The notes under the pieces were generated by a model that did not search any database, was not told the DNA's origin, and saw nothing but the letters and a program-made list of their open reading frames with translations. 49,930 nucleotides of DNA from Bacteroidia bacterium (GTDB lineage Bacteria > Bacteroidota > Bacteroidia > 2-12-FULL-35-15): contig JBKJQG010000132.1 in NCBI GenBank assembly GCA_046594925.1, positions 1 to 49,930 of the forward strand, written 5' to 3'. The position numbers and the translations under genes were made by a program. Shown piece after piece: positions 29,156 to 38,725 of this stretch; position 1 is the first letter of the stretch; the number at the start of each line of letters is the position of its first letter.

Positions 29156-29722
29156 ATGATTAAAAATGTTGCCATTTTTGCTTCTGGAGAAGGAACCAAT
29201 GCACAAACCATCATGGATCATTTTAAGGCTTCGGCTGACGTGAAAATTGGCTTAGTGGTTTCCAACAAATCAACGGCAAATGTATTGAACCGTTCAAACA
29301 AAAATGGCATTCCAACGCTGTTGATCAACCGCGACACATTTTACGGAAGCACCGATGTAGTGGAAAAACTAAAAACCGCTAAGATCGACCTGATCGTTCT
29401 GGCTGGATTCCTTTGGATGCTCCCCGAAAATCTCATCAAGGCATTTCCCAATAAGATCGTGAACATCCATCCTGCACTTCTGCCGAAGTTTGGTGGCAAA
29501 GGGATGTTTGGAATGAATGTGCACAAAGCAGTGATCGAAGCAAAAGAAAAAGAAAGTGGCATCTCCATCCATTTTGTGAATGAACATTACGATGAAGGAG
29601 AGATCATCTCTCAACATGCCTGCGCCGTTTCCGTAAACGATACCCCGGAAACATTAGCTGCTAAGATCCGGGAGCTGGAACATAAATTTTTTCCTAAAGC
29701 GATCGAGATGTTACTCACCTAA
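29156..29722 (+). CDS. purN: Phosphoribosylglycinamide formyltransferase
   Basis: FASGEGTNA, LIVLAGFL, NIHPALLPKFGG, VH, SIHFVNE.YDEG.II.Q. Confidence 0.95.
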   Translation: MIKNVAIFASGEGTNAQTIMDHFKASADVKIGLVVSNKSTANVLNRSNKNGIPTLLINRDTFYGSTDVVEKLKTAKIDLIVLAGFLWMLPENLIKAFPNKIVNIHPALLPKFGGKGMFGMNVHKAVIEAKEKESGISIHFVNEHYDEGEIISQHACAVSVNDTPETLAAKIRELEHKFFPKAIEMLLT

Positions 29723-29869
29723 ATTTTCGCTCTTGTAAGGCTCAGATTTGTAAATTGCACTGATTTATTTTACAACCACGCAGATTCGCTCACGTAGATA
29801 TTCTTATTTTTGAACTCCCGAACCGCAAGGGCGGTTTCGTAAATCCGTATTAATTCCTTATCCGTAACC

Positions 29870-30448
29870 ATGCATTTCGACTTTAAACAAATAGCAACCT
29901 TAACCATGATTCTGTTCGCAGTAATCGACGTGATCGGCTCATTGCCTGTTTTGCTTGACCTTCAGACCAAGGTAGGAAAGATCCAATCGGAAAAAGCAAC
30001 CGTTGTTTCGGGTGTAATCATGATCATTTTTATGTTCGTCGGAGAACAAATATTAAACCTGATTGGAATTGACGTGAGCTCATTTGCCATCGCGGGATCA
30101 TTCATCATTTTCTTTCTGGCTTTGGAAATGATCCTTGGAGTAAAGTTTTACAAAGAAGAAACAGCAGCAACGGCCTCTGTTGTGCCTATTGCATTTCCGC
30201 TGATAGCAGGAACGGGTACGCTGACTACTTTGCTTTCCCTTCGCGCCGAATATTATATCGAAAACATCTTAGTAGCAATAGTGGTCAACCTGATCTTCGT
30301 ATATATCGTGCTTAAAAACACCCATCGTCTTGAAAAAATATTGGGAGTTGGCGGAATTAATATTTTGAGAAAAGTATTTGGAATCATTTTGTTAGCGATT
30401 GCTGTGAAATTATTTACAACTCACGCGGGAATGATAATGCACAAGTAA
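29870..30448 (+). CDS. MarC family integral membrane protein
   Basis: LFAVIDVIGSLP, FAIAGS, VPIAFPLIAGTG and FGIILLAIAV. Confidence 0.9.
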   Translation: MHFDFKQIATLTMILFAVIDVIGSLPVLLDLQTKVGKIQSEKATVVSGVIMIIFMFVGEQILNLIGIDVSSFAIAGSFIIFFLALEMILGVKFYKEETAATASVVPIAFPLIAGTGTLTTLLSLRAEYYIENILVAIVVNLIFVYIVLKNTHRLEKILGVGGINILRKVFGIILLAIAVKLFTTHAGMIMHK

Positions 30449-30519
30449 GACAGTAGGTAATTAAAAATGGTAGGCAATAGGCAAAAAATAAAAATAGTGG
30501 ATAGAAAAATTTCACAAAA

Positions 30520-30969
30520 ATGATCAAGATCTACACAGATGGTGCTTCCCGTGGAAACCCCGGTCCTGGAGGCTTTGGGGTGGTGATGATCGCCGGCACC
30601 CACCGTAAGGAAATTTCAGAAGGATTTAAATTAACCACCAACAACCGCATGGAGTTGTTGAGTGTGATTGTTGCTTTGGAGTCTTTAAAAAAAGAAGGAA
30701 CGGAAGCCACTGTTTATTCCGATTCAAAATATGTTGTGGATTCTGTTGAGCTAAAATGGGTTTTCGGCTGGGAGAAAAAAAATTTCAAGGACAAAAAAAA
30801 TCCGGATCTCTGGCAACGTTTTTTAAAGATCTACAGAAAACACAAGGTAAAATTTGTCTGGGTAAAAGGACATTCTTCTAATGTTGAAAACAACCGCTGT
30901 GATGAGCTGGCCGTGGAAGCTGCTTTGGGAGGCGATTTGAAGGTTGATCGTGGGTATGAGGGGAGTTAG
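30520..30969 (+). CDS. rnhA: Ribonuclease HI
   Basis: YTDGASRGNPGPGG, TTNNRMEL, SDSKYV, KNPDLW, WVKGH and NNRCDELA. Confidence 0.96.
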   Translation: MIKIYTDGASRGNPGPGGFGVVMIAGTHRKEISEGFKLTTNNRMELLSVIVALESLKKEGTEATVYSDSKYVVDSVELKWVFGWEKKNFKDKKNPDLWQRFLKIYRKHKVKFVWVKGHSSNVENNRCDELAVEAALGGDLKVDRGYEGS

Positions 30970-31059
30970 TTTACAGGCAAAAAAATTTCACGCAGATTGG
31001 CGCGGAAAAGGAACGCAGATTTTCGCGGATTAAAATGGGGTAAAAATTGTTTCTATTAA

Positions 31060-31617
31060 ATGAGATTCAAGACTTTGTTGATTATTGCATTCTTCACGGC
31101 AATCATTCCGCTGATTGTCGGGTCACTAATTTTTTGGATCTGGTATTTTCTTCCGATTCGTAATCTGGAGTTTGCTGGTTTTATCACCACACTTATCTCA
31201 ATTCCTGTTTGCCTTGTTGGATTGCTGCTCGTTATCATTTACAAAGTAAAAAACAAAACTGGCCTTGCTCAAAGAAAAAAGGCAAATCGGGTTATTGGTT
31301 TGATTTTGTTAAATATCCCCATGTGTGTCTTTTATTTTTGGTTTGCGACTTATTTAAGTGATACAGAACGATTAACAATTACAAATAGCTCTAATGAGGA
31401 TTTGACAGATGTCCAGATTTTTGGTACAGGAGACTTTCATGTAATTGACCGAATTGAACAGCGAGATTGCAAAACTGTTTGGGTTCACCTGAATAAAGAA
31501 GGTGCCATATACATGCTTTACAATCAAAACGAAAAAGTTAAGGGACGAATTCTAGAAGGATATGAAGGCCGGGGAATGGGGAGAATACACGATCACAAGA
31601 TATTTCCGCGAGAGTAA
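31060..31617 (+). CDS. Hypothetical membrane protein (3 TM plus soluble domain)
   Basis: Three hydrophobic segments followed by a soluble beta-rich tail; AT-rich. Confidence 0.65.
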   Translation: MRFKTLLIIAFFTAIIPLIVGSLIFWIWYFLPIRNLEFAGFITTLISIPVCLVGLLLVIIYKVKNKTGLAQRKKANRVIGLILLNIPMCVFYFWFATYLSDTERLTITNSSNEDLTDVQIFGTGDFHVIDRIEQRDCKTVWVHLNKEGAIYMLYNQNEKVKGRILEGYEGRGMGRIHDHKIFPRE

Positions 31618-31648
31618 AATTGATCAAGGTCGTAAAAACAATGAACAC

Positions 31649-32437
31649 CTACAAACTGGCTGTCCTGCCGCCATCCACAGGAACATTAATCCCGGTTACG
31701 TAAGACGCAGCCGGTGATGCAAGAAAAGCAACGACATTTGCTACCTCAGACGGTTCAGCAAATCGTCCCAAAGGAATTTCACTTTCCATTTCATTCTTGA
31801 TCTCATTGAGGGATTCTCCGGTATTGTTGGATTTATTTTCGATGATGCTTTGTAATCGTCCGGTTAATGTTGCTCCGGGAAGTACGTTGTTCACGGTGAT
31901 CCCATAAGAAGCGACTTCGTTCGCTAATGTTTTGCTCCAATTGGCGACCGCAGCACGAATGGTATTGGACACGCCCAAATTCTTTAAAGGGGCCTTAACC
32001 GACGTACTGATGATGTTAATCACCCTTCCGTACTGGGCTTTTTTCATTCCTTCGATCAATGCCTGAACTAAGATGTGATTGCAGACCAAATGATTGTTGA
32101 ACGCTTGTAGAAAATCATCCACTTTTGCATTTTGAATTAGGCCGCTTGGAGGACCTCCGGTATTGTTCACCAGAATGTGAATGGAACCTTGAGTCGCCAC
32201 AAAACCTTCAAGCTTTTCTTTTAAGAGGTTGGACTGTTGAAAATCAGCTACGAGGAAATTGTGTTTTTGTCCTTTGGAAACATCCAGGTCTTTCATTGCC
32301 GTTTTTAATGACTCTTCATTGCGGGCAACCAATACAATGTTCGCTCCCAGCAAAGCTAATTCGATGGCTGCTGCCTTTCCAATTCCTTGTGTGCTTCCGC
32401 ATACCATGGCTGTTTTTCCTGTCAGATCTAAATTCAT
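31649..32437 (-). CDS. SDR family oxidoreductase (3-oxoacyl-ACP reductase-like)
   Basis: GSTQGIG, LVNNTGGP, SNTIR in place of YxxxK, NNVLPG, IPLGRFA and PVDGG; own -7 box TAATTTTG at 32451-32458. Confidence 0.88.
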   Translation of the reverse strand: MNLDLTGKTAMVCGSTQGIGKAAAIELALLGANIVLVARNEESLKTAMKDLDVSKGQKHNFLVADFQQSNLLKEKLEGFVATQGSIHILVNNTGGPPSGLIQNAKVDDFLQAFNNHLVCNHILVQALIEGMKKAQYGRVINIISTSVKAPLKNLGVSNTIRAAVANWSKTLANEVASYGITVNNVLPGATLTGRLQSIIENKSNNTGESLNEIKNEMESEIPLGRFAEPSEVANVVAFLASPAASYVTGINVPVDGGRTASL

Positions 32438-32459
32438 GTTGTAAAAATAGCAAAATTAA

Positions 32460-33626
32460 TCAGAACGGTTTTCCGTGCGTCGACTTCACAACAGTATTGC
32501 GAATCAGTGGGACTGCCTTCAGGATCGATATCGCCAAATTGGTCATGGAGGTGTTCTTCAGGAGTTTTTGCAAATAGCCGGAAGTTCCTACACGTACTTT
32601 GAATTGTTTTTTCCAAAAGCTTTCGTATTTTTTTTCAAGTTCTGGCCGGGTGATTTTCTTTTCAAAATAATGGCCCAATTGCTGCGCAAGAAAAAAAGAG
32701 CTTCGCATGGCCATGCTCATGCCATTGCCGCTCAAAGGCGCAATGTTCCCTGCTGTGTCGCCCAACATAATGATGTGATTCTCGACCGCACTCTTGTATC
32801 CGATTTTGATTTGCGAAATGGCTAGCGGCTCTTCAAACAGAAATTTTGCTTTATTAAAATAGTCTTTTAGGAATGGATTTGAAAAGAGGACCTCTGCTTC
32901 CATTTTTTTTATGTCCCCTTTATATCTTTTCAGATTTTCAGAATCGGTGAGGTAGCATAGGCAATACCGATCGCCTTCTATTTTGGAGATGCCGCAATAG
33001 CCATTTTTGAAATTATGTAATTCGATCACATCCTGCGGAAGGTCGATGTTCACGTGATATTTGATGCCGACATAATTCCTTTCCCTCTTGTTGACGGCCG
33101 CAGCCAATGCTGGTTTTACGGCGGGGTCAACTTTCCGCAATTTTAAATCCAGGTTGCTTTTTTTGCCCCAGGCGCCCACACAAATTCCAGCAGTGAAATT
33201 TCCTTTAGTTGACTCAAGCGTAAAAAATTCACCATCAAACCTGAGATCATTTACCCTGCATTCTTCCAACAACTCTACTCCTTTTTCCCGAGCAATGGCA
33301 GCCAATGACGAATCCAATAAATAACGGCTAATGCCAAAACCTCCAAGATCTAATTTGTGTTTCAATAATTTTCCGGAAGGAGATGAAACATGCAGTCGGG
33401 TGATCTTAGGCAAATTCAATTCCGACAGATTCAAGCCCAATCGTTCCAGAAAATCCCAGGACTCCATGGAAATGTACTCGCCGCAAACCTTGTGAAAGGG
33501 ATAGCTGTTCTTTTCGAACAATACACAAGAATGACCGGCATCGGCCAGTTGAATGGCCAGTGTCAATCCCGCCAATCCACCACCGACGATGGCAACTTTG
33601 TAGTTCTTATTTTGTGTTTTTTCCAA
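32460..33626 (-). CDS. NAD(P)/FAD-dependent oxidoreductase (flavoprotein monooxygenase / geranylgeranyl-reductase-like)
   Basis: IVGGGLAG, EKNSYPFHKVCGEYIS and LGDTAGNIAPLSGNGMSMA. Likely TTG start at 33626, overlapping the methyltransferase end. Confidence 0.85.
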   Translation of the reverse strand: MEKTQNKNYKVAIVGGGLAGLTLAIQLADAGHSCVLFEKNSYPFHKVCGEYISMESWDFLERLGLNLSELNLPKITRLHVSSPSGKLLKHKLDLGGFGISRYLLDSSLAAIAREKGVELLEECRVNDLRFDGEFFTLESTKGNFTAGICVGAWGKKSNLDLKLRKVDPAVKPALAAAVNKRERNYVGIKYHVNIDLPQDVIELHNFKNGYCGISKIEGDRYCLCYLTDSENLKRYKGDIKKMEAEVLFSNPFLKDYFNKAKFLFEEPLAISQIKIGYKSAVENHIIMLGDTAGNIAPLSGNGMSMAMRSSFFLAQQLGHYFEKKITRPELEKKYESFWKKQFKVRVGTSGYLQKLLKNTSMTNLAISILKAVPLIRNTVVKSTHGKPF

Positions 33627-34314
33627 GGACAAGGTATCTGAATGCCCACTTCCAGCTGACATTGAAGTTCTTTACTTCTGCTTTTTCCAACAATGAACTT
33701 AATTCTTCTTTACGGAATCCGCGAAGCACGGAAAGCGGTGCATCATTTTTCACCAAAGTAGATCCATTCAGCAAGCGGGTTAAATATTTTATGCTGTAAT
33801 AAGCGAACCAGTTACGCTGCAGATCGTTGATGATGAATCCTGTTTTTGCGTAAGTATCCATATATTGAAACAGTTCGGTCAACTCATCGTTTTTCAAGTG
33901 GTGACAAAAAAGTGAACAGTGTACAATGTCAACTTCTTTCTCCGATTTCAAAAAAGCGCGGTAATCGCTGATCACACCATCTATTTCAGGATAGCCCTTA
34001 CACTGCTCTTTCATGAACTGAATCGCATCTGCGTTCATGTCGACGCCCGTAAGCTTCACCTGAAAGTTTTTCGCTCTTGCCCATTTGGCAATTTGTTTCA
34101 ATGCATCACCTCCGCCGCAGCCGATGTCGATGATCCGGTATGTTTTATTCTTGTTGGTGACTAATTTGCTGATTCCTGCAAGTGTGATCGCGTGTCCGCC
34201 CAATAAGCGATTGACAGTATCTAATTCTCGAAGGTTCTTGAAAAGTAAGTCTCGGGGGATGTTTGGAGCATCCAGCAATTCGGGTTCGTAAGAGCGCTGA
34301 GAGAATTTACTCAT
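33607..34314 (-). CDS. SAM-dependent methyltransferase
   Basis: RSYEPELLD, IIDIGCGGGD, SLFCHH, INDLQR and DAPLSVLRGF. ATG 34314 overlaps the PKS stop (ATGAGTAA). Confidence 0.88.
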   Translation of the reverse strand: MSKFSQRSYEPELLDAPNIPRDLLFKNLRELDTVNRLLGGHAITLAGISKLVTNKNKTYRIIDIGCGGGDALKQIAKWARAKNFQVKLTGVDMNADAIQFMKEQCKGYPEIDGVISDYRAFLKSEKEVDIVHCSLFCHHLKNDELTELFQYMDTYAKTGFIINDLQRNWFAYYSIKYLTRLLNGSTLVKNDAPLSVLRGFRKEELSSLLEKAEVKNFNVSWKWAFRYLVLGKNTK

Positions 34315-35389
34315 AACTGAACAACGCCGTTTCAATGCTCAAACCCGGTCCGAATCCGATGGAGAAAATGGTTTCATCCTTTTTATGCTCTTTCATCAAC
34401 TCACTCATCACAAACAAAATGGTGGGAGACGACATGTTCCCGAACTCATCTAAAATTTTATAGGAGGCTTTTGTATCTGCATCGCTCAGCTGCAGTTTTT
34501 GTTTGATCACATCCACGATTCTTTTGCCTCCCGGGTGTATTGCCCAGTGGTTGATAGAGCCTGGAGAAAGGTTCAGTTTTTTTGAAGCAGATGCAAGGAT
34601 TGCATTCACCTCATCGCCGATGAGTTCAGGAATTCTTGCATCGAGGATCATCTCAAAATTTACCGGCGTGATATTCCAGCCCATCAGATCTTTTCCTTTA
34701 CTCAATAACAACGAGTAAAATCCCTTTATGTTCAATCCCTTTCTATCCGAATCGTCTGAGGTAAGGATCACCGCAGCTGCTCCATCACCAAAAATTGTAT
34801 TCGACAACAAATTATCATTGTTGTTCTTCGGCTGAAAGTGCAGCGTGCAGAGTTCCACACAAACAATGAGTACCTTCGCATTCACATCCGACTTCAGGAT
34901 CAGATCGCCGATTTTCAAAGCATGGAATGCAGCGTTGCACCCTAAAAAATTAATAGAGGTGTGAAAAATATCAGGCGGCAGCTTCAGTTTATCGATCAGC
35001 ACAGCATCCAATCCAGGAGCATACAGGCCGGTACAGGAAACGGTGATCAGATGAGTGATGCCAAATGCATCTAATGTGGTATCTATCTTTGAAAATGAAT
35101 CGTTTATTGCCGCAAGTGCTAAAGGAATTGCCTTTTCCTTAAATGCTTCCAGTCTGTTCTCCACATTCGCCTTGGAAGGAGTTCCATTAAAGAAAACATG
35201 TTGCATCCGACTTTTATCAAAATCGGGAAGAACAGAGTAGCGAGAGCTAATGCCACTGTTATTGAAAAGCACATTCAGTTTGCGGGAAGCCAAGTCGTTT
35301 CCATAAGCAGCCTGCATGAACTCCAGGATTGCCGGTTGCTCGGTGCGGTGTTGCGGAACTGCTGTCCCTATGGAAATAATTTTACTCAT
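34307..35389 (-). CDS. Type III polyketide synthase (chalcone synthase-like)
   Basis: VSCTG; catalytic Cys in FLGCNA; VELCTLH; FGDGAAA; His in WAIHPGG; Asn in GNMSSPT; GFGPGLS. Confidence 0.95.
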   Translation of the reverse strand: MSKIISIGTAVPQHRTEQPAILEFMQAAYGNDLASRKLNVLFNNSGISSRYSVLPDFDKSRMQHVFFNGTPSKANVENRLEAFKEKAIPLALAAINDSFSKIDTTLDAFGITHLITVSCTGLYAPGLDAVLIDKLKLPPDIFHTSINFLGCNAAFHALKIGDLILKSDVNAKVLIVCVELCTLHFQPKNNNDNLLSNTIFGDGAAAVILTSDDSDRKGLNIKGFYSLLLSKGKDLMGWNITPVNFEMILDARIPELIGDEVNAILASASKKLNLSPGSINHWAIHPGGKRIVDVIKQKLQLSDADTKASYKILDEFGNMSSPTILFVMSELMKEHKKDETIFSIGFGPGLSIETALFSYE

Positions 35390-35424
35390 ATTTTATTGTC
35401 GCATTATCCTTTCGCCAGCCTAAA

Positions 35425-35460
35425 CACTTCGATCCGCCAGGGCGGACGCTCAGCATAAAC
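35425..35460 (-). repeat. REP-like repeat with an extra hairpin inserted in its middle
   Basis: The reverse complement GTTTATGCTGAGCG-[TCCGCCCTGGCGGA]-TCGAAGTG compares with GTTTATGCGGAGTG-TAG-TCGAAGTG at 26080-26104. Confidence 0.6.
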
Positions 35461-35471
35461 TTCATCGAAGA

Positions 35472-36380
35472 CTAAAACCAGTGAAAACTGTGATTCAATA
35501 TTAAAGTTAAAAAATAAATATTCATGCAAGTCGATGCCATTAAATTCATGCTCATCGTGTTCTCATAATTTGCATGGCTGCTGTCCTTTCTCACGTTGTT
35601 GAACCAAATCAACAAGCGGATTACTACGGGCAGCATCAGCACAAAAAACAAAAGTAAAGCAGTTAACTGATCCTTCTTATCAAAGTAATGATACAACAAG
35701 GCGCCTGCTATTCCAAACATAATGGACGAAAAAGCAAAAGTTCCCAGATATCCGAGTTTATAACTAATAGTGGTCACTCCGTCCTTTTTATCTGCTTCGT
35801 GCTGATAGATCTGCGTAAGCGGGTAAACACTGCCGATGAACAGACTGGCAATGCTCATACAAATTACGTTATCGACGGTAAAAAAGTTTGAAAACGAAAA
35901 GTCACCTACAACAGCAGAAGAAACCATCAGAAAAGTAAATGCCCCTTGAAAAAAGAATACCGTCAGAAATCCCAGAACAGCGTGCTTCTTCAGCCTTAAT
36001 TTCCGGTAACTGTATGCCCTCGAGATCAAAACATATAACAAAACAAGTGCGAAAAAATTAAGAGACACCAGTAAACCCAACAACACTCCTGTGAGGTCGA
36101 AGAGCAGTGTAGCATAGAACAGGTTTTCGGTAACTGCCGGCGGATTTTTCAGTCCGCCTATGCTCCCCTCGTCCCGGTCTTGGTGACTATTATATCCATT
36201 GCTGGAAGGATAGATCAAAAGGTGAAGGACCAGAAAGGAGATGAGTGTGTTCTTGCTCGCAGTGAAATTACTTTGGCTCAACGCGAATAAAAAAACAGGC
36301 ATGAGGTGATAAGAAAAGGGAAACCGCAAATGTTTCACAGTGTTTTTATCGAACCAGGATATAACGTTCAAGGATGGCAT
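35472..36380 (-). CDS. UbiA family prenyltransferase (start uncertain; frame open to 36422)
   Basis: HLRFPFS; NGYNSHQDRDEG first Asp-rich motif; AYS..KLRLK; YPLTQIYQHEADKKDG second motif; multiple TM helices. Confidence 0.85.
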   Translation of the reverse strand: MPSLNVISWFDKNTVKHLRFPFSYHLMPVFLFALSQSNFTASKNTLISFLVLHLLIYPSSNGYNSHQDRDEGSIGGLKNPPAVTENLFYATLLFDLTGVLLGLLVSLNFFALVLLYVLISRAYSYRKLRLKKHAVLGFLTVFFFQGAFTFLMVSSAVVGDFSFSNFFTVDNVICMSIASLFIGSVYPLTQIYQHEADKKDGVTTISYKLGYLGTFAFSSIMFGIAGALLYHYFDKKDQLTALLLFFVLMLPVVIRLLIWFNNVRKDSSHANYENTMSMNLMASTCMNIYFLTLILNHSFHWF

Positions 36381-36561
36381 GGAGCAATTTAATTGTTTCG
36401 CCATTGTTTGCGGCAGGAACAAAGATGAGCATCTTTCCCGCTAAATGCTTACACAATCTATGGGAAGATGTTATAAAATTCACACAATTTGCTACGAATA
36501 ACCTGCCTCCCGGCGGGCAGGCGAAAAGAACAACTATTGCGAATCTGTGTTTTAGAAAGGG

Positions 36562-37935
36562 CTATCCGAACAAGAGGCTGAACACCTCTTCGATCTTTCC
36601 GACCATAGTAATCTTGATGTGGTAGCTGTCGAGGTCAAGTCCTTTTTTGTTGTATTTGGAAATAAAGATGTGTTCAAATCCCAGCTTTTCAGCTTCAGAG
36701 ATGCGTTGATCGATACGGTTCACGGGACGAATTTCTCCGCTAAGTCCCACCTCACCGGCGAAACATACTTTGGGGGAAATGGGCATGTCTTCATTGCTGG
36801 AAAGCACTGCACAAACCAATGCCAGGTCAATTCCCGGGTCTTCTACTTTTATTCCTCCGGCGATGTTGAGAAAAACGTCTTTCACGCCCAATCTGAATCC
36901 GCAACGTTTTTCGAGAACCGCCAATAACATGGACAATCGTCTCAGATCAAAACCGGTAGATGAACGTTGTGGCGTGCCGTAAGCAGCACTGCTCACCAAA
37001 GCTTGTGTCTCGATCAGCATGGGGCGCATGCCTTCCATGGTCGCAGCAATTGCTACTCCGCTCACCAACTCTTCCCTTGCTGTGATTAATATTTCGGAAG
37101 GGTTGCTGACTTCACGCAGCCCGCTTCCTTGCATCTCATAAATTCCGAGTTCGTTGGTTGAACCGAAACGGTTCTTAGCCGTTCGCAACAAACGGTAAAC
37201 GTGATTCCGGTCGCCTTCAAATTGCAGCACTGTATCCACCATGTGTTCCAATACTTTCGGACCGGCGAGACTTCCGTCCTTTGTAATGTGTCCGATCAAA
37301 AAAACGGGGGTTCCGCTTTCCTTCGCATAGCGCAATAGTTCGGCAGTACATTCACGAATCTGCGAAACACTTCCCGGGGAAGATTCGATGTGTGTGGAAT
37401 GTAAAGTCTGAATGGAATCGATGATTACAAAATTCGGTTCCAGCTGTTCAATCTGCTTGAAAATATTTTGTGTGGAAGTTTCCGTAAGGATGTAACAATT
37501 CGGATTATTCATCCCGATGCGTTCCGCACGCATACGGATCTGTTGTTCACTTTCTTCTCCCGAAACATAAAGTACTTTCAAGTTGCGCATGTTGATCGCA
37601 ACCTGCAACATCAAGGTTGATTTTCCGATTCCGGGTTCTCCTCCGAACAATGTTAAAGATCCCGGGACGAGTCCGCCACCAAGCACCCGTGATAATTCTT
37701 TATCATGCAGTTCTATGCGGTAATGCTGTTCTAAATTAATTTCAGTAACCAATTGCGGCTTCGATGATCGTTGCGTTGATGTGCTCGCAATGCCGGGCGT
37801 TTTTGCATCGTCGCCTTTGGATACTACTTCTTCTACATAGGTATTCCATTCTCCGCAAGAAGGACATTTGCCTATCCACTTCGCTGATTGTGTTCCGCAG
37901 TTCTGGCAGAAGAATGATGTTTTTGTTTTAGCCAT
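36562..37935 (-). CDS. radA: DNA repair protein RadA/Sms
   Basis: CQNCG...CPSCGEWN zinc finger, GEPGIGKST, IDSIQ, GHITKDG.LAGPK.LEHMVD, KNRFG and GEVGLSGEIR. Confidence 0.98.
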   Translation of the reverse strand: MAKTKTSFFCQNCGTQSAKWIGKCPSCGEWNTYVEEVVSKGDDAKTPGIASTSTQRSSKPQLVTEINLEQHYRIELHDKELSRVLGGGLVPGSLTLFGGEPGIGKSTLMLQVAINMRNLKVLYVSGEESEQQIRMRAERIGMNNPNCYILTETSTQNIFKQIEQLEPNFVIIDSIQTLHSTHIESSPGSVSQIRECTAELLRYAKESGTPVFLIGHITKDGSLAGPKVLEHMVDTVLQFEGDRNHVYRLLRTAKNRFGSTNELGIYEMQGSGLREVSNPSEILITAREELVSGVAIAATMEGMRPMLIETQALVSSAAYGTPQRSSTGFDLRRLSMLLAVLEKRCGFRLGVKDVFLNIAGGIKVEDPGIDLALVCAVLSSNEDMPISPKVCFAGEVGLSGEIRPVNRIDQRISEAEKLGFEHIFISKYNKKGLDLDSYHIKITMVGKIEEVFSLLFG

Positions 37936-38081
37936 TGTATTCAGTAGGCAATATGCAATTTTAATTAGTAGGCAATTTTTACAATTCGTTCTATGGTTTC
38001 AAATTGAAACCTTAGAGAATCAATTCGATCTTGCTTTCTATCGATTTTTTTGATGTCACAATTTGTGATATCAAAATATTA

Positions 38082-38621
38082 TCATGTTAGTTTAATTTTA
38101 TTTTCAATCGCCGTCGTGGAAAATCCTTCTAAAAACTCTATTGTCTTCACTTCTCCCTTATTCGCTTTTACAATGTCGGAGCCGACAATATATTTCTTAC
38201 TGTCTTTATTTGTTTCATTAGCATCATAATCAGCCCCCTTCACAAGCACTTCCGGATTTACAAATTTTATTAATTCCAAAGGGGTGTCTTCATCAAAAAT
38301 AATTACCCCGCTTACAAAATGCAAAGAGGCTAAGATCTGTGCGCGTGTTTGTTCGTCCTGCAAAGGACGTGAACTGCTTTTCCCTTGCCGTTTTACAGAT
38401 GCGTCGCTGTTAATTCCAACAATCATTCGATTTGCCAGATCACTTGCCTTAGCCAGATAATCAATGTGCCCGCGGTGAATGATGTCAAAACACCCATTCG
38501 TAAAAACAATCTTGTCGCCTTGGAATCTCCAAACGATCATCGGTTTAAGCAATGTCTCCTGAGTGAATATTTTTTCCTGAACAAGTTCCAGGGCCGGACG
38601 TTTATAAGTGTATGGAACCAT
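38082..38621 (-). CDS. rfaE2: D-glycero-beta-D-manno-heptose 1-phosphate adenylyltransferase (RfaE2/HldC-like)
   Basis: VFTNGCFDIIHRGH, GINSDASV, FDEDTP, LVKGADY and GFSTT. Confidence 0.88.
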   Translation of the reverse strand: MVPYTYKRPALELVQEKIFTQETLLKPMIVWRFQGDKIVFTNGCFDIIHRGHIDYLAKASDLANRMIVGINSDASVKRQGKSSSRPLQDEQTRAQILASLHFVSGVIIFDEDTPLELIKFVNPEVLVKGADYDANETNKDSKKYIVGSDIVKANKGEVKTIEFLEGFSTTAIENKIKLT

Positions 38622-38725
38622 TTTATGAATGTATGATGTATGATGGAAAATGTTTGATGGATCTGAAAATAAAAATATGCACTATGTGAAATGAATAAGG
38701 GATGATGCAGGTAAAAATAGGAATA

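Noticed and set aside
31649-32437. SDR as a fifth member of the PKS cluster
   Set aside because: It is co-oriented, but it has its own TAATTTTG box in the 22-nt gap, so membership is unsupported.
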